Source: Clostridia bacterium (GTDB lineage: Bacteria; Bacillota; Clostridia; UMGS1883; UMGS1540). From it: a DNA stretch of 60,657 nt. The stretch's first letter is position 1. Every line of letters starts with the position of its first letter. The translations under genes and the position numbers were made by a program. Below the pieces are notes generated by a model. It was not told the origin of the DNA. It saw nothing but the letters and a program-made list of their open reading frames with translations, and did not search any database. The stretch covers positions 1-60,657 of the forward strand of contig JAZNUV010000032.1 of NCBI GenBank assembly GCA_045592445.1, given 5' to 3'. Below are positions 27,292 to 37,625 of the stretch, piece by piece.

Positions 27292-29931
27292 TTATTTCAG
27301 TTGTGCTTTGACAATCGCTTCCACCGCGGCGAGTGCTGCGTCTGTTTTGGAAACGTCCTTGCCGCCGCCCTGTGCCATATCCGGTTTACCCCCGCCACTG
27401 CCGCCTGCTAAGGCAGTTACTTCGCGAATAATATTACCGGCGTGCACGCCGCGTTCGACTGCAGATTTGGTTGCCATCGCAAGGAACATCAGTTTTCCGT
27501 CTGTATGACTGCCAATCACAACAACGCCTTTATCAAGCTTTTCTTTGATACTATCACCCATGGTACGAAGGTCGGGGACAGAGAGACCGTCAGCGCGCGT
27601 TACAATCACGTCAACACCGTCTATGGTAAGCTTGCCCGATAAAGCATCGTTCGCTTTACCGCCTGCAATTTTAGCTTTTACAGATTCAAGCTCACGCTTT
27701 ACCTCGCGCATTTCAGCAATCAGGGCATCTACCTTTGCGCCAATTTCCATCGGATTTGCCTTCAGACTTTCCGCCGTATGCTGCATGATTTCATTTCTTT
27801 TGTTGATATAATTGAGAACGCCATAGCCTGTTACCGCTTCAATACGTCGTGTGCCCGCGGCAACACCTGCCTCGGAAAGAATCTTAAAGAGGCCTGCCTC
27901 CGCCGTATTGGTAAGATGGCAACCGCCACAAAATTCAATGGAATAGTCGCCCATTGAGACAACACGGACAATCTCGCCGTATTTCTCGCCAAACTGTGCC
28001 GCTGCGCCGAGTTTTTTTGCCTCCTCTATGGGCAATTCACGTACGATGACAGGAAGAGAGGCTAAAATCGCATCATTGACTTTGTTTTCAACAGCCTGGA
28101 GTTCTTTTTCCGTCATAGCGGAAAAATGCGAAAAGTCAAAGCGCAGATGTGTTTCGTCTACTAAAGAACCTGCCTGTGCTACATGCGTGCCCAAAACCTC
28201 ACAAAGTGCCTTGTGGAGAAGGTGGGTGGCAGAATGGTTGCGGGCTATCGACATGCGGCGGCGTGTGTCAATCGCGGCGGAAACCGCATCACCAACACGG
28301 AACTCGCCTTCGCAAACCTTCACAATATGTGCTGTAATATCACCGGGGAATTTTTTGGTATCCAAAACCTCGGCACGCCCCGTATCGGAGTAAATTTCAC
28401 CACGGTCACCAACCTGACCGCCCATTTCTGCGTAAAAAACAGTTTCATCCAAAACGATAACGCCCGTGTCACCTTCACCGATAGATTCGACCGCGGCACT
28501 ATCAAGACCAAGTGCAGCAACATGCGTGTTGCACGCAGTTTTCTCATACCCAATAAAGGCGCTCTTTATTTCTTTTTCAAAAACAAGGGCAGTATCGCTG
28601 TCCCAACTGGAGCCGTCGCGACGGCGTGCGCGGGCAGTGTCTTTTTGCACTTGCATTTCCTTTTGGAATCCGTCCTCATCAGCCGTAAAACCTTGTTCCT
28701 CTAAGATATCACGCGTCAAATCAATCGGGAAACCAAATGTATCGTAGAGTTTAAACGCTTTTTCCCCGTCTAAAACTGTCTTGTTTTCGCGGCGAAGTTC
28801 TGCAATAAAATCGTTTAGGATGGCAAGACCCTTGTCGATTGTCATGGCAAAGCGCTCTTCCTCAAGCTTTATAATTTTTTGAATATAGTCTTGTTTTTCC
28901 ACAAGATGCGGGTACGCAGCCATAGATTCGCGGATAACGGTTTGGGCAATTGTATAGAGGAAAGTACCGTCAATCCCCAAAAGTTTTCCGTGCCGTGCTG
29001 CGCGGCGCAAAAGCCTTCTCAAAACATAGCCGCGCCCTTCGTTTGAAGGGATAACACCATCGGAAATCATCATAACGGTGGAGCGGATATGGTCTGTAAT
29101 TACGCGCAGTGAAACGTCCGTTTTCTCATTATCTTTGTACTGCACGCCCGCAAGCTTACTGATTTCGTGCATGACATTCTGTACAGTGTCAACCTCAAAA
29201 AGGTTGTCCACACCCTGCATCACAACGGCAAGACGTTCCAGTCCCATGCCTGTGTCAATATTCGGATTTGCGAGGCGATTATAGTTGCCGTCCTCGTCCT
29301 TATCAAACTGCGTAAATACCAAATTCCAAACTTCCATAAAACGGTCGCAGTCGCAGCCGAGCTTACAGTCAGGTTTGCCGCAGCCAAAGGCTTCGCCGCG
29401 GTCTACATGAATTTCGGAGCAAGGACCGCAAGGACCCGTTCCATGCTCCCAGAAATTATCTTCTTTGCCCATTTTTACGACACGCTCAGGTGCTACGCCA
29501 ATTTCCTGAATCCAGATATCACGTGCCTCGTCATCGTCCTCATACACGGTGATCCACAAGGTTTCCACAGGGAAGTGCATGACTTCGGTAAAAAATTCCC
29601 ACGCCCAATGAATGGCTTCGCGCTTAAAATAATCCCCAAAGGAGAAGTTACCAAGCATTTCAAAAAATGTGCCGTGGCGTGCCGTTTTGCCGACGCGTTC
29701 AATATCGGGCGTGCGGATACACTTTTGGCATGTTGTTACGCGTTTTGAAGGCGGAATTTCCGCACCCGTAAACCACTTTTTCATGGGTGCCATGCCGGAA
29801 TTTATTAAAAGCAGGCTATTATCATTTTGTGGAATCAGGGGAAAACTGTCAAGTCGCAAACATCCCTTTGTTTCAAAAAAATGCAGAAATTTCTCTCGTA
29901 TTTCATTAACGCCTAATTTTTCCAAATTCAA
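27292..29931 (-). CDS. alaS: Alanine--tRNA ligase
   Basis: 879 aa with class II core motifs, an editing domain (HSATHLLH ... CGGCH) and a C-terminal DHHA1 domain. Confidence 0.97.
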   Translation of the reverse strand: MNLEKLGVNEIREKFLHFFETKGCLRLDSFPLIPQNDNSLLLINSGMAPMKKWFTGAEIPPSKRVTTCQKCIRTPDIERVGKTARHGTFFEMLGNFSFGDYFKREAIHWAWEFFTEVMHFPVETLWITVYEDDDEARDIWIQEIGVAPERVVKMGKEDNFWEHGTGPCGPCSEIHVDRGEAFGCGKPDCKLGCDCDRFMEVWNLVFTQFDKDEDGNYNRLANPNIDTGMGLERLAVVMQGVDNLFEVDTVQNVMHEISKLAGVQYKDNEKTDVSLRVITDHIRSTVMMISDGVIPSNEGRGYVLRRLLRRAARHGKLLGIDGTFLYTIAQTVIRESMAAYPHLVEKQDYIQKIIKLEEERFAMTIDKGLAILNDFIAELRRENKTVLDGEKAFKLYDTFGFPIDLTRDILEEQGFTADEDGFQKEMQVQKDTARARRRDGSSWDSDTALVFEKEIKSAFIGYEKTACNTHVAALGLDSAAVESIGEGDTGVIVLDETVFYAEMGGQVGDRGEIYSDTGRAEVLDTKKFPGDITAHIVKVCEGEFRVGDAVSAAIDTRRRMSIARNHSATHLLHKALCEVLGTHVAQAGSLVDETHLRFDFSHFSAMTEKELQAVENKVNDAILASLPVIVRELPIEEAKKLGAAAQFGEKYGEIVRVVSMGDYSIEFCGGCHLTNTAEAGLFKILSEAGVAAGTRRIEAVTGYGVLNYINKRNEIMQHTAESLKANPMEIGAKVDALIAEMREVKRELESVKAKIAGGKANDALSGKLTIDGVDVIVTRADGLSVPDLRTMGDSIKEKLDKGVVVIGSHTDGKLMFLAMATKSAVERGVHAGNIIREVTALAGGSGGGKPDMAQGGGKDVSKTDAALAAVEAIVKAQLK

Positions 29932-30010
29932 TCATTCCTTTATCTTATATCTTTTTATATTATACCGATTTATCCATAAAATGTCAAGCCGAAATATGTG
30001 ATTTGAAAAG

Positions 30011-31117
30011 CTACTGCCGCGCAAGCTCCAACGCTTTTTTGAACTGCGCATCATCATCACCTGTATTCTCCACAATATAATCAGGTGTAATGCCGTTTTT
30101 ATCAATAATATAGCCACCGGGGGTATAGTAGTGCGCGATGGTAAGCTTTACGGCACCCTCGCGGAGTTTATAGAGATTTTGTACACTGCCTTTCCCGTAG
30201 GTCTTTGTGCCGACAAGTGTTGCCCGTCCGTTGTCCTTTAAAGTCCCCGCTAAAATTTCGGAGGCAGAGGCACTGTTTTCGTTTACAAGCAGTATGAGCG
30301 GTTTATCCAAAAAAGCATCGTCACTTTCATACACAAAGTCACGTTTTTTGTCCTTGTTTTCGGTATAGACGACTGTGCAGGCAGGCAACAGCATATCGGC
30401 AATTTCGGTCACACTCTCCAAAAGTCCGCCCGGGTTATCGCGCACGTCCAAAATAATACTGCGGCAATTTTCTTCCTCAGCAATCTTTAATGCTTCACGC
30501 ATGGCCGTTGCCGTTGGTGTGTCAAAGCTTTTGAGGGCGATATAAAAAACATCGTCATAGCGTACATGGGAAACGGTTTGTATCTGAATGGTGTCTCTTT
30601 TTATAGAGAGCGTTTTTTCTTCATTTCCACGTAAAATCGTAACGGAAAGCGGTGTTTCATCTTTCTCACGCATATGTGAAATGGCCGCTTCATACGTATC
30701 GGCAGTGACAACAATATCGTCTACCTTTTGAATGATGTCACCCGAGCGTATACCCGCGGCGTCAGCAGGCGAGTCCGGGAAGGGGGCAATAACATGCATT
30801 TTGCCGTCCAGCATTTTAATTTCAATGCCGATGCCGATATAAAGGGCTTCCAAATTCTCTAAAAATGATTGATATTCCTCTTCTGTCATGTAGACGGAGT
30901 GCGGGTCGCCCAGTGTGCTTAGCATGCCATCGGCCGCGCCTGTAAGCAGGGCATCCGGGGCGGAATCTCCCGCGTATTTTGTCTGAATTAAAAATGAAAG
31001 CTTTTCGATATCAGACATCGTAAAAGAATGTACAAGTGTACACACTAAAATAGTGGAAACCGCGCTTATAAGCGCGGTTTTTATGATACATTTTCTCTTA
31101 TTCGGCAAAAAATTCAT
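30011..31117 (-). CDS. ctpA: S41 family C-terminal processing peptidase with PDZ domain
   Basis: TM anchor, PDZ domain (PDSPADAAGIRSGDII), catalytic SASASEILAG and TYGKGS. ATG 31117 (MNFLPNKRK) is preferred to 31135. Confidence 0.85.
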   Translation of the reverse strand: MNFLPNKRKCIIKTALISAVSTILVCTLVHSFTMSDIEKLSFLIQTKYAGDSAPDALLTGAADGMLSTLGDPHSVYMTEEEYQSFLENLEALYIGIGIEIKMLDGKMHVIAPFPDSPADAAGIRSGDIIQKVDDIVVTADTYEAAISHMREKDETPLSVTILRGNEEKTLSIKRDTIQIQTVSHVRYDDVFYIALKSFDTPTATAMREALKIAEEENCRSIILDVRDNPGGLLESVTEIADMLLPACTVVYTENKDKKRDFVYESDDAFLDKPLILLVNENSASASEILAGTLKDNGRATLVGTKTYGKGSVQNLYKLREGAVKLTIAHYYTPGGYIIDKNGITPDYIVENTGDDDAQFKKALELARQ

Positions 31118-31162
31118 CCCTTTCCAACAAGGCAATCATACCATTTTTATTGTATGCCAAGT

Positions 31163-32329
31163 TTAGCCGAAATATCCCATTGGGTTTGTATAGGAACCGT
31201 TTTTCAATACTTCAAAATGGAGATGCGGACCCGTAGAATTCCCTGTGGAGCCGACAAGGGCAATTTGCTGACCGCGTGAGACTGTTTGCCCCGAGGTAAC
31301 CTTAAGGGCACTGCAATGCCCGTACAGTGTCTGCACCCCGCCGCCATGGTCAATTACAACGTAGTTGCCGTAGCCACTGTTCCAACCTGCGCGGAGTACC
31401 GTGCCGCCCGCGGCAGCTAAGATAGAAGCGCCATAGCCTGCGCCGATATCAATACCTGTGTGCATTTTATTCCGCTTTTGAATGGGGTGGAATCGCATTC
31501 CGAATTCCGAGGTTACAGTTCTTGTTGAGGGCGTAGGCCAACAAAATGCGCCGCCTGTATCCTGAACAACAGGGGGTTTTGACTGTGACGATGTCAGGTC
31601 CCGAATTTCCTGTCTTAATGATTCCTCAGCAGCGTCCGCGGCATCCAGCATTTCGCGATATGTCGCCTCATCAGCTTTCAATTTGTTGATTACAGTGGAA
31701 AGTGCGCTTTTGGAAGCGTCCAGCTCCTCTTTTTTGTTTTGTTGAATTTCGCGGTTTAGAACAACAATCTGGTTATTATCCTCTAAAACCTTTTTCTTAT
31801 CTGCAATTTGCTGCTGTGCATCCGCCATATTCTGCAAGACAGCACGGTCATGCGCGGAAATTTGCGCAATCAACTCTACACGTTTTAACAAATCAGCAAA
31901 TCCTTCCGCACCGAAAAGAATGTTTAGGTAGGAAACAGAACCGCGTTCATACATAACGCGTACGCGTGTTTGAAAAGTTTTTTCATACGCCTTAGCTGCT
32001 GCCTCAGCCGCTGCAAGCTCATCCGCTGCTGCCGAGATTTGCTTTTCGTTCGAGGCTATCTGCTCGGAAAGTGTGTAAAGCTCATTTTCCAATGCGGAAA
32101 TTTGCTTATCCAGCGCTTCACGTTTTGATTTCACATCTGTAATTTCTGTTTGTACGTTTTGGAGACCGCTTTTTGCTTTTTCCTTTGCCTTTTGTGCTTC
32201 GGAAAGCTTATTTTGAAGTGAGGATACTGTGTCCGCACGCGCTGATAAAATTGGTGCAAAGGCAGTCAGTAAAAGTGCCAGCAGTGCCAAAATGGCAAGC
32301 ACCATGGTCCATTTTTTTCTTTTCTGCAT
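31163..32329 (-). CDS. Coiled-coil M23 metallopeptidase (EnvC/PcsB-like partner of FtsEX)
   Basis: Signal/TM segment, a long coiled-coil and an M23 domain with intact metal ligands (HTGIDI ... GPHLHFEV). ATG 32329 sits 7 nt after GGGAGG. Confidence 0.85.
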   Translation of the reverse strand: MQKRKKWTMVLAILALLALLLTAFAPILSARADTVSSLQNKLSEAQKAKEKAKSGLQNVQTEITDVKSKREALDKQISALENELYTLSEQIASNEKQISAAADELAAAEAAAKAYEKTFQTRVRVMYERGSVSYLNILFGAEGFADLLKRVELIAQISAHDRAVLQNMADAQQQIADKKKVLEDNNQIVVLNREIQQNKKEELDASKSALSTVINKLKADEATYREMLDAADAAEESLRQEIRDLTSSQSKPPVVQDTGGAFCWPTPSTRTVTSEFGMRFHPIQKRNKMHTGIDIGAGYGASILAAAGGTVLRAGWNSGYGNYVVIDHGGGVQTLYGHCSALKVTSGQTVSRGQQIALVGSTGNSTGPHLHFEVLKNGSYTNPMGYFG

Positions 32330-32343
32330 ATGTACGCCTCCCA

Positions 32344-33258
32344 TCAAACCTTTAAATGACGCCGTACCGCAATTCCACTGCCGATGGCGCCCATAAACGC
32401 ACCAAATAAGAGGAGAAGAAGTGTAAGCGGCCAGGCAAGTTGCGCAGTGGTGCGCAGGTCAAAGGCGTTTAAAATGCCTTGCGTTGCACGTGCGACAAAG
32501 CCGTAGGACAAAAGACATACGGCGAGCGATATGGCACCGCCTAAAATACCGACCAAAATCCCTTCGATAATAAAGGGCCAGCGGATAAACCAGTCTGTTG
32601 CACCTACATATTTCATGATATGAATTTCGCGTTCTCGCGCAAATACGGCAAGCTTAATCGAATTGGAAATTATAAATACGGCAATCAATGCCAAAATCGC
32701 CATTGCAACTACCAATGCAACCTTAACGGCCTCAGTGACAGTGAAAACCTTGTCTGTAATATCCTGTTGCTCACGCACTTCCTCTACACCCGAGATGGCG
32801 CGAAGTGATTCGGCAATGGCGGCAGAATCTTCTAAGTTTTCAACCGTAATTGTGTAGGAGGCACGCATAAAACTGTCATCCTCCATCCCTTCCATGGAAA
32901 CGCCTGCATCCGAAAGCATTTTGCCTGCATTTTCAAATGCTTGGCGCCGTGTTTCAAGAGCGGCGTCGGTAATGCCGGGGATACCCCGAATGCGGTCACC
33001 GAGGGCAGTGGTTGCCTCCTCAGAATAGGAGCTCTCCACATACGCGACCAGCTTGCAGTCCTCCTGCACCTGATCAGCAATATAGCTTAGGTTTACACTA
33101 AAAAGCATAAATACACCCAAAAACAAAAGACATCCTGTAACGGTTATGACGGAAGCTAAGCTCATAAGCGGGTTGTAGAAAATACTTTTTAAGGCTTCAC
33201 CCGAAAAATATCGGAATTCTCTAAACACCAACTGTATACACACCCTCTCTTTCGTCAC
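32344..33258 (-). CDS. ftsX: Cell division permease-like protein FtsX
   Basis: FREFRYFSGEALKSIFYN N terminus, a periplasmic loop and three C-terminal TM helices. The true start is probably an internal TTG or GTG (33231 or 33228) overlapping the ftsE stop. Confidence 0.85.
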   Translation of the reverse strand: MTKERVCIQLVFREFRYFSGEALKSIFYNPLMSLASVITVTGCLLFLGVFMLFSVNLSYIADQVQEDCKLVAYVESSYSEEATTALGDRIRGIPGITDAALETRRQAFENAGKMLSDAGVSMEGMEDDSFMRASYTITVENLEDSAAIAESLRAISGVEEVREQQDITDKVFTVTEAVKVALVVAMAILALIAVFIISNSIKLAVFAREREIHIMKYVGATDWFIRWPFIIEGILVGILGGAISLAVCLLSYGFVARATQGILNAFDLRTTAQLAWPLTLLLLLFGAFMGAIGSGIAVRRHLKV

Positions 33259-33910
33259 TTACAAGATGCCCCATATCAAGCGTAATTACACGCTTATGCA
33301 TGTCATTTACAAGCTTTTCAGCATGGGTAGCCATTAAAATAGTTGTACCGCGATTATTGATATCCTCTAAAATCGCCATAACCTCCGCAGCCTTCTCGCG
33401 GTCAAGATTGCCTGTCGGCTCGTCCGCAATTAAGATAGACGGATTGTTGGCAAGTGCCCGCGCCATGCCAACGCGTTGTTGTTCACCGCCTGAAAGTTGC
33501 GAGGGGTATGCACGCGCTTTGCGTGCAAGACCAACCATACCCAAAACCTCGGGAATGCGACGGCGCATCTGACGGGTGGAGGCACCTACAATTCGCATGG
33601 CAAATGCAACGTTTTCATATACTGTACGATTTGGCAGAAGGCGGAAATCCTGAAATACAACGCCGATATTGCGGCGCAAATAAGGGATTTCTTTACGTGA
33701 AAGCTGACTGATGGTGTGACCGTTTACTATCACTTCCCCCTCCGTAGGCACCTCCTCACAAAGGAGCATACGGATAATAGAGGATTTACCTGCTCCGCTA
33801 TGCCCGACCAAAAAGACAAATTCGCCTTTTTCAACGTGAAAACTCACGTCCGACAAAGCCAAAACCTTATTATCCTCATAGATTTTTGTAACGTGATCAA
33901 AATGAATCAT
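33221..33910 (-). CDS. ftsE: Cell division ATP-binding protein FtsE
   Basis: Walker A GHSGAGKSS, signature LSGGEQQR, Walker B ILIADEPTGNLD. Confidence 0.95.
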   Translation of the reverse strand: MIHFDHVTKIYEDNKVLALSDVSFHVEKGEFVFLVGHSGAGKSSIIRMLLCEEVPTEGEVIVNGHTISQLSRKEIPYLRRNIGVVFQDFRLLPNRTVYENVAFAMRIVGASTRQMRRRIPEVLGMVGLARKARAYPSQLSGGEQQRVGMARALANNPSILIADEPTGNLDREKAAEVMAILEDINNRGTTILMATHAEKLVNDMHKRVITLDMGHLVSDEREGVYTVGV

Positions 33911-33927
33911 CTTTTGTTCCTTCCGTG

Positions 33928-35019
33928 TCAGATTTTTGCAGGGTTTGATACGAGATATCGTTTTACCATCATAGCAATTTTAAAGACAATGGCATGGTCG
34001 AAAATCCTCAAATCCAATCCTGTCAGTTTCTGTACTTTATCAAGGCGATACACCAACGTATTACGGTGTACATAAAGCTGACGGGAGGTTTCCGACACAT
34101 TCAAGTCATTTTCAAAGAATTTCTGAATTGTAAAGAGTGTTTCGGCATCCAATTTATCAATTGATTCCTTCTTAAACACTTCTGCGAGGAAAAGTTCGCA
34201 CAGTGTTGTGGGGAGCTGATAAATAAGGCGCCCAATACCAAGATTTTCATAATTTACGATGCTATGCTCTGTATCAAACACTTTACCGACTTCAAGTGCA
34301 ACGCGCGCATCCTTATAAGATTTTGCAAGGTCCTTTACAGATTCCGCTACAGAGCCGACGCCGATAACAACCTGCGCATAAGCCTCGGCGTTTATGGTAT
34401 CTAAAATCGTCTGTGCAAGGCGGTCAATTTCCTCCGGTGTGGCATCGGAACGAAGCTCTTTTGCCAATATCGTATTTCGTTCGTCAAGCGAAAAAACAAA
34501 ATCGCGATTCCGTTCGGGGAACATACCCTGCAGAATTTCCACTAACGTACGAGAAGCTGTTGCATTATCATTTGCACGAATCAGCAGAATGACGCGGGGC
34601 ACTTCATAGGTAAGGCGAAGCTCTTTGGCGCTTAGCATAATATCGCCGGGGAGAACATTATCTAAAATAATATTACGTATGAGGTTGGTTCTGTCAAACC
34701 GGTCATTATTAAGCTGCTTCATAGAACGGATGGTAACGCTTAAAAGCTCCGCATCACGCATGGCAGCTTCATCCTCGCCTTCTACAAACACAATAAAGTC
34801 CGACGGGGAACCTGCCGGCACGCCGAGAAAAGTAAAGCCCATAAAATGCGGTGACTCTTCACGATGCTCCGCTATATAAATAATTTTTTCTGTATTTTGC
34901 AAAATAGCAATATCTTCAGGATAGGAAAAGGTGAAATAACCATCATCGTATAGACCGATCCTTCGGTTCATGGCAACACTCATTTGGTATAACACGCTTT
35001 GATAAATTTTATTCACCAT
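33928..35019 (-). CDS. PucR/CdaR-family transcriptional regulator
   Basis: C-terminal PucR-type HTH LNVSETSRQLYVHRNTLVYRLDKVQKLTGLD. Confidence 0.75.
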   Translation of the reverse strand: MVNKIYQSVLYQMSVAMNRRIGLYDDGYFTFSYPEDIAILQNTEKIIYIAEHREESPHFMGFTFLGVPAGSPSDFIVFVEGEDEAAMRDAELLSVTIRSMKQLNNDRFDRTNLIRNIILDNVLPGDIMLSAKELRLTYEVPRVILLIRANDNATASRTLVEILQGMFPERNRDFVFSLDERNTILAKELRSDATPEEIDRLAQTILDTINAEAYAQVVIGVGSVAESVKDLAKSYKDARVALEVGKVFDTEHSIVNYENLGIGRLIYQLPTTLCELFLAEVFKKESIDKLDAETLFTIQKFFENDLNVSETSRQLYVHRNTLVYRLDKVQKLTGLDLRIFDHAIVFKIAMMVKRYLVSNPAKI

Positions 35020-35236
35020 CTTTTTCTCCTTCTGTGTATGTTTTTATACTTACTTAATATTATACAGTTTTTTAGTCAATTTGCAAGGAATTTTTGCAAA
35101 ATTAACAGATTTGTAACATAAAATTTATCCTACAGGGAAAAGAATTTATAAAAACGGCATAAATTACGAATCAGTACAATATAATAGAAGAGTAAATATA
35201 TTTTATGGGGGACACGGAAGAAAGGAGCATGGAAAA

Positions 35237-36511
35237 GTGCGCAATAAAAAATGTCTTGCAATGATTTTGGCGGGCGGACAGGGAAGCCGCCTCGGCATAC
35301 TCACAAAATACATTGCAAAGCCCGCCGTGCCCTACGGTGGGAAATATCGGATCATTGATTTTGTACTCAGTAATTGTACACATTCCGGCATAGATACCGT
35401 GGGCGTACTTACGCAGTATCAGCCGTTGGATTTAAACACCTATATCGGGAGCGGACAACCATGGGATTTAAATAGGAACAACGGGGGCGTTTTCATTTTG
35501 CCACCGTATTTAAAAACCGATGCGGGAGAGTGGTACAAGGGAACAGCCAACGCAATTTACCAGAATATCGGATTTGTAGAACGATTTAACCCAAAAGATG
35601 TACTCGTTTTATCCGGCGACCATATTTACAAAATGCATTACGGAAAAATGCTTGCAATGCACAGAGAAAAAGGTGCGGCGGTGACAGTTGCCGTCATTCG
35701 TGTGCCGATAAACGAAGCCTCTCGATTCGGCATCCTGGAAGCGAATGCAGATGGAAGAATTACCGCATTTTCAGAAAAACCCGCTGTGCCCAAAAGTGAT
35801 TTGGCATCAATGGGCGTTTATGTGTTCGATTGGCAAATTCTAAAAAAATATCTGATACTGGACGAGAATGACCCGCAGTCTAAAAACGATTTCGGCAAAA
35901 ACGTTATTCCCGAGATGCTGGCGGCGGGCGAGAAAATGTATGCGTATAATTTTGACGGGTATTGGAAGGACGTGGGTACCACGGCAAGCCTTTGGGAGGC
36001 AAATATGGATTTAATCTGCACGCCGCCGCGTTTTGATTTATACGACCCCGATTGGACAATCTTCAGCCGCAACGATGCAATGCCTCCGCATTTTATTGCG
36101 GATTCGGCGCTTATATCCGATAGTATCGTAACAGAAGGGTGTAACCTTTGCGGGCGTGTTCATGGAAGTGTTCTGTTCCACGGCATAGAAGTTTCTGAGG
36201 GCGCACGCGTTACAGGCAGTATTCTGTTCCCGGGTGCACGGATTGAAGCGGGCGCTGTGGTGGAAAATGCCATTATTGGCAGCCACAGTGTTGTGCGGCG
36301 AGGCGCGAAGGTTGGAAGTTGTGCTCATTCAACCCACATACGAGAGAGCGACATTACCGTAGTGGGAGATAACCTCATTGTGGATGCCGCGGTAAGTGTT
36401 CCAGCCGGTACAATAGTGGAAGAAAGTATTTTATCTGTGCCGTCGGTCGATGTGCCGCTTCGGAAAACTGTCGGCGCGTACTGTATGCAACAGAAAGCGA
36501 AGGAGGTATAG
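35237..36511 (+). CDS. glgC: Glucose-1-phosphate adenylyltransferase
   Basis: [14 protein letters not shown] ... [16 protein letters not shown] plus a C-terminal left-handed beta-helix. GTG start after GAAAGGAG. Confidence 0.95.
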   Translation: MRNKKCLAMILAGGQGSRLGILTKYIAKPAVPYGGKYRIIDFVLSNCTHSGIDTVGVLTQYQPLDLNTYIGSGQPWDLNRNNGGVFILPPYLKTDAGEWYKGTANAIYQNIGFVERFNPKDVLVLSGDHIYKMHYGKMLAMHREKGAAVTVAVIRVPINEASRFGILEANADGRITAFSEKPAVPKSDLASMGVYVFDWQILKKYLILDENDPQSKNDFGKNVIPEMLAAGEKMYAYNFDGYWKDVGTTASLWEANMDLICTPPRFDLYDPDWTIFSRNDAMPPHFIADSALISDSIVTEGCNLCGRVHGSVLFHGIEVSEGARVTGSILFPGARIEAGAVVENAIIGSHSVVRRGAKVGSCAHSTHIRESDITVVGDNLIVDAAVSVPAGTIVEESILSVPSVDVPLRKTVGAYCMQQKAKEV

Positions 36512-36512
36512 T

Positions 36513-37625
36513 ATGCGAGATACAATGGGGGTTATTTTCACTGAATCGGATGATGTAACGCTCAGAGAGCTAACGGAAGTGCGTTCCGCGGCAGCATTGC
36601 CGATAGCCGGGCGTTACAGACTCATTGACTTTGTGTTATCGGGTATGGTTAATTCCGGCATCATCAATGTCGGTGTTGCTACAAAATATAAATATTCGTC
36701 TCTTATGGACCACCTTGGCGCGGGTAGCGCATGGGACCTGCAGCGGGAAAATTACGGTCTTTTTGTACTGCCGCCATATGCTACCCATAAAAGCGGCAGC
36801 GCAATGGCAGGCGAAATTGACATTTTAATGGGTATTATGCCTTATTTGCGTCGCAGTCGGCAACGGTATGTTCTTCTGAGCGAGGGCAATACAGTGTGCA
36901 ATCTTACGTTTAACGCGGCAATGGAGCAGCATAAAAAAACGCAGGCAGATATAACAATGCTGTATCGGGAAGAGAAACCTGAAAATCTGTCACGCTTTTT
37001 GGTGGCAGATTTGGAGCCGGACGGTCGTGTGACGGGGCTTGCATACAAACCCCGCCGCGCACAAAGTACCCATGTTGGCATGGATATGTATATTATTGAA
37101 AAGGAACTTTTAATCCGTATCTGCGAAGGATGTGCGGCGCGCGGTGAGCATAGCTTTGTTATGGACGCACTTGTGCGTGGAAGGGAAGATCTTCGGATTT
37201 ACGGATGGAAATACGAAGGCTATGCAGAGCGTGTAGATTCGGTGCAGACTTATTTTTCCTGCAACATGGATGTTTTGCAGGCAAAAGTACGGGAGGCACT
37301 TTTCGGACAAAAAGAGCTTATTTTTACAAAGGTGAAGAACCGAATTCCTACAAGATACGGAGATAGCGCGCGTGTTTCGGATTGTTTGGTAGCGGACGGT
37401 TGTGTCATTGAAGGAACTGCAGAAAATTGTGTTCTGTTTCGCGGGGTAAAGGTTGGAAAAAATTCGCATCTTAAAAACTGCGTTGTCATGGAAAAGACAC
37501 ATATTGATATAAACTGCGAGGCGGAAAATGTTATTTTTGACAAGGAATGTCTGATGCGAGAAGGGAAACGCCTTGTGGGGCAGGCAGCATACCCTGTGAT
37601 AATCAGAAAGGGGACGGTTATTTGA
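36513..37625 (+). CDS. glgD: Glucose-1-phosphate adenylyltransferase regulatory subunit GlgD
   Basis: GlgC paralogue lacking the GGxGxRL loop (LTEVRSAAALPIAGRYRLIDF). It starts 2 nt after the glgC stop, and GAAGGAGG lies upstream. Confidence 0.9.
   Translation: MRDTMGVIFTESDDVTLRELTEVRSAAALPIAGRYRLIDFVLSGMVNSGIINVGVATKYKYSSLMDHLGAGSAWDLQRENYGLFVLPPYATHKSGSAMAGEIDILMGIMPYLRRSRQRYVLLSEGNTVCNLTFNAAMEQHKKTQADITMLYREEKPENLSRFLVADLEPDGRVTGLAYKPRRAQSTHVGMDMYIIEKELLIRICEGCAARGEHSFVMDALVRGREDLRIYGWKYEGYAERVDSVQTYFSCNMDVLQAKVREALFGQKELIFTKVKNRIPTRYGDSARVSDCLVADGCVIEGTAENCVLFRGVKVGKNSHLKNCVVMEKTHIDINCEAENVIFDKECLMREGKRLVGQAAYPVIIRKGTVI

Noticed and set aside
29932-30010. Possible T-box or other leader upstream of alaS
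   Set aside because: Only 79 nt separate alaS from the upstream gene's stop, and no specifier-loop or T-box consensus is visible. That is too short for a T-box riboswitch.
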